Source: Terriglobia bacterium
Lineage (GTDB): Bacteria; Acidobacteriota; Terriglobia; 20CM-2-55-15
NCBI GenBank assembly: GCA_965218585.1
Contig: CBDCLE010000024.1
Coordinates: 32,001-96,000 of the forward strand
Direction of reading: 5' to 3'
Length of the DNA stretch: 64,000 bases
The notes under the pieces: generated by a model
What the model was told of the DNA's origin: nothing
Seen by the model: only the letters and a program-made list of their open reading frames with translations
Database searches by the model: none
Shown: piece by piece, positions 11,179 to 19,356 of the stretch
Layout of the letters: each line of letters begins with the position of its first letter
How positions within the stretch are numbered: position 1 is the stretch's first letter
Position numbers and translations under genes: made by a program

Positions 11179-11461
11179 AACGAACGGCGGCCCGAGTCCG
11201 AATCCCGGTAGCGAAGATCTTACCGATCACCTTCATTCGGAACTGGAATCCGGAAAATCACTCTTTCAGTGAATCTGGATATTTCCGTATACATGTTTTC
11301 TCAACTTCCGACAGATCCGTCTTGTTCTTTTTTAGTGTGGCTCCTTTCTCTTCAAGTGGATATCCCACCTACGATCGGCAACCCTGCCAAATGCCTGGCC
11401 GGAGACAATCGATCGCTTCAACCATGGACCCATCTCGGAGGCTGACAGGCCACCCGTTCCG

Positions 11462-12382
11462 GTGTGTATAATCGAAGTAAATCCGTGTTTGGCAGCGAGG
11501 GACAGAGTCGTGGTGGATCTAGCTTCAGCATTGCCCGACAGCGTCGCCGAGAAAGTTCGTCGTGGCGAGGTCACCCAGGCTCGAGCCAAGGCCTTTATTG
11601 ATCACATCCGGCGGGTTGAACGGGAGATCTACGCCCATGACGTGGTCCGTCAAAACCCATATACGAGATGGTTTAAACAGGGAACGGCCAACGTCGACCA
11701 ACTCACGGATCTGGTGATCCAGTTTTCTGTGTTTTCCAACCACTTCTTGCCACTTGAGGCCAAGCGGATGGTCAACGCGGCGACCGAAGCAGAGGAAAAA
11801 AAGGCGCGATCGATTCTGGGGAGTGAGATTGGCGTACCGATAGACATCCACACCGGCGACATCGAAGGATTTCTATTTTCCCACGACAATGCCCACATTA
11901 AGTGGTTGCGAGACATCGGAGAGACCCTCGGCCTTGGCCGCGATCAACTCGGCAAATGGGCGCTCGGTAGTCAGGCAACACACCGGTTTTTGGAAAATCT
12001 GGAAAAAGTTTATGGTCACCCGGACAACAACATCGGATCCGGAGCGAGTTTTGCGATCGAATCCTGGGCGGGTTTCGGAATCGGTAAGGGCGAAGAGGCC
12101 GAGGGTAACAACTTCTGGAAAGAGCTAATCGTGGGCTTGGACGCTTACAACAAGACGCACCGCGAGGCTCTCGACCTGCATCCGATCGACGTCGGTTTCT
12201 TTCAGCTTCACTTCAATCTCGAACTGGGGCACGTTGCGAATGTCGAGGAAGAGCTTTCAGAAGTGTTCTTTAGCCCAGGTTTTGATCAAGAGCAGTGGTA
12301 CTACGGCGCACGTGAGGCCCTCGACGCCATCCACATCTTCTGGAAAGGCCTGGACGAAAAACGCAGGACACTGGAGGAGTGA
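11462..12382 (+). CDS. Heme-oxygenase-like (TenA/PqqC/CADD-type) iron-containing redox protein
   Basis: Helical protein with E...HDNAH...AIE...FFQLHFNLELGH ligand pattern; real start possibly the GTG near 11510. Confidence 0.65.
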   Translation: MCIIEVNPCLAARDRVVVDLASALPDSVAEKVRRGEVTQARAKAFIDHIRRVEREIYAHDVVRQNPYTRWFKQGTANVDQLTDLVIQFSVFSNHFLPLEAKRMVNAATEAEEKKARSILGSEIGVPIDIHTGDIEGFLFSHDNAHIKWLRDIGETLGLGRDQLGKWALGSQATHRFLENLEKVYGHPDNNIGSGASFAIESWAGFGIGKGEEAEGNNFWKELIVGLDAYNKTHREALDLHPIDVGFFQLHFNLELGHVANVEEELSEVFFSPGFDQEQWYYGAREALDAIHIFWKGLDEKRRTLEE

Positions 12383-12770
12383 TCCGGGCGTCGGAAGTGC
12401 TTGAAAACACTTTGAAACTTTTCTTCCCGCCTGGGTTTCAGCTCTCCCCGCCTTTCGAGTAGATCTCGACGTGTTTCGCCACTAGAGTCCCTAAAAATTC
12501 ACCCTGAAGTTGGACTGGAGATAAATGAAGCGTCACATGGACGTATTGCCGGTTATACGTCCAAAGAGCCAGACCTCAGCCTCACGTTACCCTGCGCCCT
12601 GCGTTACCCGAAGACGCTCGCACAAGCCGTGTTTACGGCACCGTGGAGGAAAATACGAAACCGATTTCGCCGCTCCCCGCGCTACCTTCGAGCCGAGAAT
12701 CAACGCTGGGTAGATTTACGGTAGCCGCAGGGGCCAGACGAACCGGATTGACTTCCACCATTTCCCGGGA

Positions 12771-13730
12771 TCAGAAGGCGTGTTCTTCGATCCAGTTCAA
12801 CAGAGTCTGTGCAATGTCCGCGTTGTTGAGTTCCTGCATCATGATGTGGCCGTTGCCAGTGATGCCGACGTCAGGCAGGAACAACCCCGAGGCATCGCCA
12901 CCCAGCCCTCGGAGTCGATCGATGAGGTTCGCACAAGCGTTCGAGGGTTCAGAACTCTCAAGCCCCCCGCGCACGTCGAAGTACGGCACTCTTGCAAAGT
13001 TTGAGAGATCGTCGGGCAACTGTCCACAAAAGACTCCTCCCGCTGGCTCCACCGCAATAACCGCATGCAGCAACTCCGGGCGCCGGCTCGCAAGCATCTG
13101 CAGCATCGCGCCACCGGCCGAGTGCCCAACCACGATTGCCGGTCCGGTCTCTTCCAACAGCTCGGTCAGGCCTCTGGTAACTGCGGCGTCGAGAGAGCGA
13201 ATACCGCTCACCGGGAGAGACGCGAGAAACTGATGATAGGCAGCCTCGCCATCGGGCCATTGATCACCCCCGCAATCCTCGGGATTATCGATTTCGTCGC
13301 CACCCATGTTGGGACACATCCCGTTCCCCCCGCCACGGACTCCCGGCTCAGGGCCCTGATCCCACGTCACCCAGGCCTGGCCAGTCCAGCGGCGTAGTGT
13401 GCCTTGTGTGTCTGGCATGGAAAGTCCGGCTTTGACCTGGTTAAATCCATCCACGGCGAAGGAGGACCGGCCGCGACCGGCTGGCTCGATGACGTATACG
13501 GTGAAACCGCGACGGACAAAGAAGAGATCCCAACCCTCCCGGCGATCCGCTGTCGTGCCATAGATTGTGCCCAACAGGTCACCACCGGGGATCAAAATGA
13601 TCGGAGGCGCACCTTCCCGTTTCTCGTAGGGGACCGTGTACTCCACATAGCTGGCGCCGTCGACGATAGGACCTCGACTCGCGCCATTGCCCTGATAGAG
13701 ATCTGGCGGGAGATTCGATGGAGACATCAA
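12771..13730 (-). CDS. Alpha/beta hydrolase (esterase-like), probably 5'-truncated
   Basis: YVEY..P, LIPGG, TTADRREGW, GRGRS, GHSAGG nucleophile, GITGNGHIMMQE; no RBS or leader, and the start abuts an oppositely oriented gene fragment. Confidence 0.75.
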   Translation of the reverse strand: MMSPSNLPPDLYQGNGASRGPIVDGASYVEYTVPYEKREGAPPIILIPGGDLLGTIYGTTADRREGWDLFFVRRGFTVYVIEPAGRGRSSFAVDGFNQVKAGLSMPDTQGTLRRWTGQAWVTWDQGPEPGVRGGGNGMCPNMGGDEIDNPEDCGGDQWPDGEAAYHQFLASLPVSGIRSLDAAVTRGLTELLEETGPAIVVGHSAGGAMLQMLASRRPELLHAVIAVEPAGGVFCGQLPDDLSNFARVPYFDVRGGLESSEPSNACANLIDRLRGLGGDASGLFLPDVGITGNGHIMMQELNNADIAQTLLNWIEEHAF

Positions 13731-13912
13731 GCTTGATCACCGTGGCCTGGGCAGACGGCATCCAGGCCGCTATCTATGCATTCAAGGAGATCACGAGCCC
13801 GTACTGGCTGAACGAGCGACGGCTTAGGGATCACAAGATTACACTTATTGGAGAGAAGATCACCCGAGCCGCTACTGAAGGACCCATGAGACCAATCGGT
13901 GGCAAGGAGTAG
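13730..13912 (+). pseudogene. C-terminal fragment of a thioredoxin-reductase-like FAD oxidoreductase
   Basis: LITVAWADGIQAAIYAF resembles the terminal helix motif of TrxB/FNR-type flavoproteins; upstream part absent. Confidence 0.45.
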
Positions 13913-14069
13913 CGGGCGAGCGAACCAGTCAAATTGCAAAGTCGGCGGACCTTGCGCAGCCACACGGACGTATAGCCGGTTATACAGCTGAGTGACCCAC
14001 GGACCTCAGAAGCCCCGAACACGATTTCTTTCGGGAATCAGCCCCACAAATAGTCTAATCTTCGTCGGC

Positions 14070-15380
14070 TCAGCACCCTCGGAGGTCTTGGAAGGCTCGC
14101 ATGGCCAGTCCTGAAGTCGTCCACCCTTTGCAGGCAGCGTTCGTAGTCGCCGAGCGGATGGCGCCGAGCGGCGTCATGCCTCGGTCGACCATCGCGGCAA
14201 ACTCTTTCGCATTGTCGCCGTGAGGATAGACGCCCGCGTCCGTTCCAAACGCTATGTTGACGCCGGCTTCGATGGCACGCCGCACGCTTGCCGCTGCCAA
14301 CGGGATCACCTGCTCGCCCTTGGCACGAATCGGCGGCGGCAGCATAGCTAGCAGCCTGTCGGACTAACACCAAATCAATAATCTAAGTCATTCATATGAC
14401 CGTGTTTACAGTTTCGAGCTGAAAAGGGCCGTCGTTGAAAACAAAGGACTTACGCCGAAAGTCCGACAGGCTGCTAGGTCGATGGCATCGTTGAGGTATG
14501 TGGTCGGCACAAGGTAGGTGCCGTGTTCTTTCATCGCTGCGACGGCCTCGTCGGTGAGCATTGACCCATGGTCGATGGAGGCCACACCGGCCCTCACGGC
14601 GGCGAGGATGCCTTCGGTTCCGTGGGCGTGTGCCGCCACCTTAAGGCCATGCCGGCGCGCTTCCTCGACGATGGCCTGCAGTTCTTCGAAGGAATATTGC
14701 TGTGCGCCCACCGCCTCTTCGAACGACAACACGCCGGCCGTGGCTAGGACCTTGATTACCTTGGCGCCATGCTTGATCTGATAGCGTACAGCCCGGACCA
14801 CTTCGTCGACGCCGTCGGCCACTCCTTGTTCTGGCGTCGACTCCAGTAGACCGGGGATAAAGCCGCCAGCGTCACCGTGGCCGCCGGTGATAGAAAGCGC
14901 GTGGCCGGCGGGCACGATGCGAGGCGCTTCGATGCGTCCAGCATCGCTCGCCTGCGCGAGCGCCACGTCGACAAACTCGACCGACCCAACGTCGCGCACG
15001 GTCGTGAAGCCGGCGATTAGCGTCTTTCGCGCATTGACGACGCCCCGGATGGTCCAGTTCGGCGTGGTCTCAGTGACAGTGCGAAGCTGTATGTTCGGCG
15101 TGAGGTCCAGCATCAGGTGGGTGTGCATGTCAATCAGGCCGGGCAGCAGCGTCATATCGCCCAAGTCGATCGTCTCGGCCCCGGCAGGCGCCTGGACCGG
15201 GTTGATGCCTTGGATCCTCCCATTTTCGACTACGACGACGGCGGGGCTCACGAACTCGCCGCTGTCGACGTCGAGCATCCGATCGGCCCGGATCACCAGG
15301 GATTGGGCGAGGGTTGAGGTGGCGCAGGCCACCAGCATGGCGCCTGCGAGGACGATTGAGCGGACGGCGGTTTTAGACAT
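14070..15380 (-). pseudogene. Secreted amidohydrolase (Xaa-Pro dipeptidase-like) disrupted by a MITE and C-terminally truncated
   Basis: PGLIDMHTH, GFTTVRDVG, AAHAHG, IDHG, GTDAG. Removing 14352..14477 restores AIDL-AMLPPPIRAK; family-like sequence stops after ATTNAA. Confidence 0.88.
14352..14473. mobile_element. 122-bp MITE with 14-bp terminal inverted repeats and CTAG target duplication
   Basis: CTAG-CAGCCTGTCGGACT ... AGTCCGACAGGCTG-CTAG; AT-rich core, no transposase; precise excision restores the host reading frame. Confidence 0.9.
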
Positions 15381-15710
15381 AGTCTCTCTCTGGTTCAATG
15401 GTGAACAGCCGGTGTCATATGGTTGATCTGTTATTAAAGTATCGTAGCAACGATTCTAAACGATTCTAATGGATGTGCTGGATACGTAGAACGGGAAACG
15501 TGAAGGTGCTTTGCATAAACGTCTCAATAGTGTACAGCTGCTCGCGATGGTGCCAATACTTGTTGTATGAGGCGAGAGAATGTGCTGCAGGTGCGGCCGC
15601 CGCTTCCGTTGATCCTCTCCTATTGCTCTGCAAGAATTCTCGAGTCCTGATAAATCATCTTGTCGGACGTTGAGAATTAAAACCGCTACTTTCCGATAAG
15701 CCGACTATTA

Positions 15711-17174
15711 CTACTATGTTACAAACGGTCTATTTTATGTTAGCATCCGGTCATGAGCGCCAAATCGAAGGCGCCAGGCACTCAGGAAAAACGTTTTGCG
15801 GCCTATTTGGAACGCCTGGCGTCGGCCGCAGGACACGCCGATCGTCATGAACCGTTGAAGTCGTACTGCACCGGGTTGTTGCTGCCGATCAAACGTAAGA
15901 GTGTGGAGCCGATGGCTGCACGATTGGCTCCGGATAATGTACGCCGAATGCACCAGTCGCTACATCATCTGGTCGCGGATGCGCCCTGGGACGATGCGGC
16001 TCTGTTGGCAGAAGTTCGACAGTACGCGCTGGGGGCGATGGAAGCCAACGGTCCGATTGAAGCCTGGATTGTCGACGACACCGGATTCGTGAAAAAGGGG
16101 ACCCACTCGGTGGGTGTGGCCCGGCAATACTGTGGACAGGTCGGCAAACCTGAGAACTGCCGGGTGGCGGTGAGCCTGTCGGTGGCGACAGCGAAATCCA
16201 GCTTGCCGGTGGCATGGCGACTCTACCTCCCCGAGACCTGGGCGAAGGATCCGGAACGTCGAAGCAAAGCCGCTATTCCCGAAGACGTTCGATTTCAAAC
16301 TAAACCTCAAATTGCTTTGGAACAAATCCGGCAGGCCGTCGATGACGGCATTGCTCCGGCACCGGTTCTGGGCGATACGGCCTACGGCAACAACTACAAG
16401 TTCCGGCACGGCATCACCGAACTCGGACTTAGCTACGTCCTAGGGGTGCAAGGCACCACGACCGTGTGGAAACCGGGCCAGGGTCCCTTGCCGCCGAAAT
16501 CCTTGACCGGCCGCGGACGGACACCGACCCGCATGCAGCGCAACAAGAAACATCAACCGGTTTCGGTCAAGCAACTGGCCCTCTCGTTGTCTCCCCAGCG
16601 TTGGAAGAACGTCTCCTGGCGCGAAGGCACCTCCGAGACCCTGCGTTCCCGTTTCGCCGCAGTTCGCATTCGTCCCGCTCATCTGGATCACGAGCGCCAC
16701 TCGCCGCATCCGAAAGAGTGGTTGTTGGTCGAGTGGCCCAAGACCGCATCCGAACCGATCCGGTACTGGCTCTCCACTCTTGGGGCCCATACCTCGCTTT
16801 CCGATCTGGCCGGTCAGGCCAAACAGCGCTGGATCATCGAACGCGACTATCAGGAACTCAAGCAGGAACTCGGTCTGGGACACTACGAAGGTCGCGGCTG
16901 GCGTGGATTTCACCATCATGGCACCTTATGTATTGCCTCTTATGGGTTCCTGGTCGCCGAGCGGAGCCGTTTTTCCCCCTCTGCATTTGTCGAGCATGTT
17001 GGACTATCCGTCCCCAAACTCCCCAAACACTTCAAACCCCGCGGAACCCCGGATCCGGCCCGAACGACATAACCCCTGCTCGATTGCCACGCTTCGCATT
17101 CGCATCGCCCGCTTCCTGATTCAGCAGCTTCCTCGTTGTCCGTTCTGTGGACCGCTTCGTTTATAACACAGTAG
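15711..17174 (+). mobile_element. IS701-family insertion sequence
   Basis: Inverted ends CTACTATGTTACAAACG (15711) / CGTTTATAACACAGTAG (17158-17174), 15/17 match, enclosing a transposase. Confidence 0.88.
15753..17072 (+). CDS. IS701-family DDE transposase
   Basis: RKSVEPMA, IVDDTGFVKKG.HSVGVARQYCG, RWIIERDYQELKQELGLGHYEGRGWRGFHHH. Confidence 0.93.
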   Translation: MSAKSKAPGTQEKRFAAYLERLASAAGHADRHEPLKSYCTGLLLPIKRKSVEPMAARLAPDNVRRMHQSLHHLVADAPWDDAALLAEVRQYALGAMEANGPIEAWIVDDTGFVKKGTHSVGVARQYCGQVGKPENCRVAVSLSVATAKSSLPVAWRLYLPETWAKDPERRSKAAIPEDVRFQTKPQIALEQIRQAVDDGIAPAPVLGDTAYGNNYKFRHGITELGLSYVLGVQGTTTVWKPGQGPLPPKSLTGRGRTPTRMQRNKKHQPVSVKQLALSLSPQRWKNVSWREGTSETLRSRFAAVRIRPAHLDHERHSPHPKEWLLVEWPKTASEPIRYWLSTLGAHTSLSDLAGQAKQRWIIERDYQELKQELGLGHYEGRGWRGFHHHGTLCIASYGFLVAERSRFSPSAFVEHVGLSVPKLPKHFKPRGTPDPARTT

Positions 17175-17217
17175 TAGTAGATGGCTCACTGGAATCGTCA
17201 CGCTTCTCTTTTTCTTT

Positions 17218-17700
17218 TTGGTGCAGCCGGCGACCTTGTACCCGATAGCTGCAGAAGGACAGAACGGTGAACCATCAGCTATTGATTTCCAAGCAGCAGA
17301 CTTAGATGGAGGTTCGTTCGACGGCCTCGGCCTGAAGGGGAATATTGTCCTGCTGGATTTCTGGGCGGTGTGGTGCAGACCCTGCCTCGATGCCTTCCCC
17401 AAACTCTACGAACTTAAGTCAGATCTGGCGGACGAAGATTTCCAAATCGTGAGCATCGCGCCCTATTCCGGAACGGCTGGTGACGTAAGGCAATTCCTCC
17501 AAGAATACCCGACCAACTACATCGCAGTCGTTGGAGACGAAGATCTCATCTATCGCTACGGCGTTATTGGTTATCCGACGTATTTCCTCCTCGATCCCCT
17601 TGGTGACATCTACCAAAAGTATGTTGGGGATCTTCCGGGTCTGACGGACCGGATCAAATCGGATGTTGAAGGACTCAGGGAGAAGTTCGGAATGCGCTGA
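17218..17700 (+). CDS. TlpA/ResA-family thiol-disulfide oxidoreductase (native 5' end probably removed by IS701)
   Basis: LKGNIVLLDFWAVWCRPC and YGVIGYPTYFLLD (cis-Pro loop); in-frame hydrophobic leader RWLTGIVTLLFFFLV extends back to the IS end without an ATG. Confidence 0.88.
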   Translation: MVQPATLYPIAAEGQNGEPSAIDFQAADLDGGSFDGLGLKGNIVLLDFWAVWCRPCLDAFPKLYELKSDLADEDFQIVSIAPYSGTAGDVRQFLQEYPTNYIAVVGDEDLIYRYGVIGYPTYFLLDPLGDIYQKYVGDLPGLTDRIKSDVEGLREKFGMR

Positions 17701-17746
17701 TCGCAGCGTGAAGTTACAGTTGAAACTGATTCGAAAGGAGAAAGGA

Positions 17747-18607
17747 ATGCAAAGAAAATTTCTCGCCATCGCTTCGTTGGCTGTGGTTCTGGGATGGGGC
17801 ATTGTGAAGTCAGCCCCCGCCCAGGAGATCTCACCCGAAGCTCAGCAGGTCGTGGATTACCTGCTGGAAGATTGGCAGAAGCAGTTTCGGTCAACAAGTA
17901 TCGCACTAGCGATGAACAATCTCGGGATGGAACCCGACGACTCGCTTCGATTGGAGGTCGGCGAGTACTTTCGCGCCAACGTCAATCGGGCCCGGAATCT
18001 CCAGTTTTGGGGTGCGAACAATTACATCCTGAGTAATGAAGAAAAGCGGGCTGCTAAGTACCTGATGGGAATTGAGAATACCGAAGGGCGGATGCCCGAG
18101 CTCGCAGAGCTATCCCAAGTGTTGGGAATCCCTGCCGAAAATCTTGCTTCGCGATTGCGATTCATGGCCGATGCCGGTTTCCTGAAGCAGGATCCTGTAC
18201 AGGAACTCGGATTCTCACTTGCAGAAGGATTTGAACGTTGGGGTGGCCCACTCCAACATAACTTCCACACGTTACATGTCGAAGGCGAACGGCCCTTCGA
18301 TGTTTGGTGAGCGGTCGACTTCCTGCTGTTGGTCAACAGCGATGATTACAAAGGCAAGCATTTCACCCTCGAAGATTCCTGTGCTCACGGCCACTTGCCA
18401 ATCAGTGTAGAAATAGACAGTGCCACAATCACCGGCATGAATCCGGACTCTGTCTGGGTTCAGCAGGGTGGAGGCTGAGCGGTCGACAACCTCTTCTGGT
18501 CAGAAGAGCACATGAACGAATGGTTAGACGAGCACCCGGAATACCGGGAGTTGAACCAGTCTCCGATAGGAGAGTTTCTGGAGAATCTGAAGTCCCGAAG
18601 TCGTTAG
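17747..18607 (+). CDS. Exported MerB (organomercurial lyase)-like selenoprotein with two Sec residues (U188, U244), 286 aa
   Basis: RBS AAGGAG/AAAGGA + ATG 17747; signal peptide MQRKFLAIASLAVVLGWGIVKSAPA; wHTH-like segment; HTLHVEGERPFDVW-TGA-AVDFLL...LEDSCAHGHLPISVEI...VWVQQGGG-TGA-AVDNLFWSEEHMNEWLDEHP; TAG at 18605-18607, then a terminator. Confidence 0.85.
18311..18340 (+). promoter_or_regulatory. Putative bacterial SECIS element 1
   Basis: After TGA 18308-18310: hairpin GCTGTT-GGTC-AACAGC (18325-18340), with the loop starting 21 nt after the TGA. Confidence 0.8.
18479..18508 (+). promoter_or_regulatory. Putative bacterial SECIS element 2
   Basis: After TGA 18476-18478: hairpin CTCTTCT-GGTC-AGAAGAG (18491-18508), with the loop starting 20 nt after the TGA. 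Confidence 0.8.
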
Positions 18608-18632
18608 ACCAGTCACAACAAGTCTCGTTTCG

Positions 18633-18661
18633 AAAGGGCGGCCACCGAGGCCGCCTTTTTT
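18633..18661 (+). terminator. Rho-independent terminator (likely bidirectional)
   Basis: AAAG-GGCGGCC-ACCGA-GGCCGCC-TTTTTT between convergent genes. Confidence 0.85.
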
Positions 18662-18714
18662 GCTGTTCTCGCGGGCTGGACCGTGAGTTCAAACTCTATG
18701 ATGCTTCTGACTCA

Positions 18715-19356
18715 TCAAAAATAACCAAGCTCGATGGCTTTCAAGACCGCGCGTGTACGGTCGCGAACACCCATCTTCGAGAGAATACTGGAAACATGGT
18801 TTTTTACTGTGCCCTCGCTCAGATGTAAAGAATCTGCAATTTCCTTGTTGCTGTAGCCGCCGGCCATCAACCGCAGCACTTCGATTTCACGTTCCGTGAT
18901 CGGGAATGGCTCGGAGAGGCTCTCGAAATCATGCTTTCGATTGGCGAGGCCCTCAAGCAATCGTTCCGTGACGGCTGGTCGAATGAGGGTGCCACCGCTA
19001 GCAATCTTTCGGATGGCGCTGGTGAGTTGTTCCAAGGACACGTCCTTCAACATGAAACCTCGCGCTCCAGCGCGAACCGCTTCCAGAACCAGATCATCGT
19101 CGTCGAAGGTTGTCAGGACCAATGTCGGAGGAAGCGTCCCTGCTTCCCGAAGTTTCTTCAGGACTCTCAGGCCATTTGCTTTGGGCAAGCGCACATCGAG
19201 GAGAACGACATCTGGGTTGCTTTCAGGAATAACGTTCATAGCCTCGGCCCCGTCTTTGGCTTCGGCCGTGACTTCGATGTCGTCGACCAACTCAAGCAGG
19301 CCATGAATGCCTTGCCGAACCAGAGTCTGATCTTCGACCAGGCAGACGCGAATCAC
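18715..19356 (-). CDS. NarL/LuxR-family response regulator
   Basis: LVEDQ, DVVLLDVRLP, LTTFDDD, TEREIEVL...NKEIA...GTVKNHVSSIL; GTG start overlaps the kinase TGA. Confidence 0.93.
   Translation of the reverse strand: MIRVCLVEDQTLVRQGIHGLLELVDDIEVTAEAKDGAEAMNVIPESNPDVVLLDVRLPKANGLRVLKKLREAGTLPPTLVLTTFDDDDLVLEAVRAGARGFMLKDVSLEQLTSAIRKIASGGTLIRPAVTERLLEGLANRKHDFESLSEPFPITEREIEVLRLMAGGYSNKEIADSLHLSEGTVKNHVSSILSKMGVRDRTRAVLKAIELGYF

Noticed and set aside
14105-14133. Possible IS end at the amidohydrolase truncation point
   Set aside because: No partner inverted repeat or transposase is visible, so it cannot be supported.
17663-18310. 215-aa hypothetical protein as given by the ORF track, or a MerB pseudogene with two nonsense mutations
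   Set aside because: Both TGAs fall at catalytic Cys positions, both have SECIS-like hairpins, and the terminator follows 18607; random nonsense mutations are unlikely to produce this.
18308-18478. TGA read as Trp or Gly (genetic code 4 or 25)
   Set aside because: Many genes here end in TGA with ATGA/GTGA overlaps, and the aligned residues are Cys.
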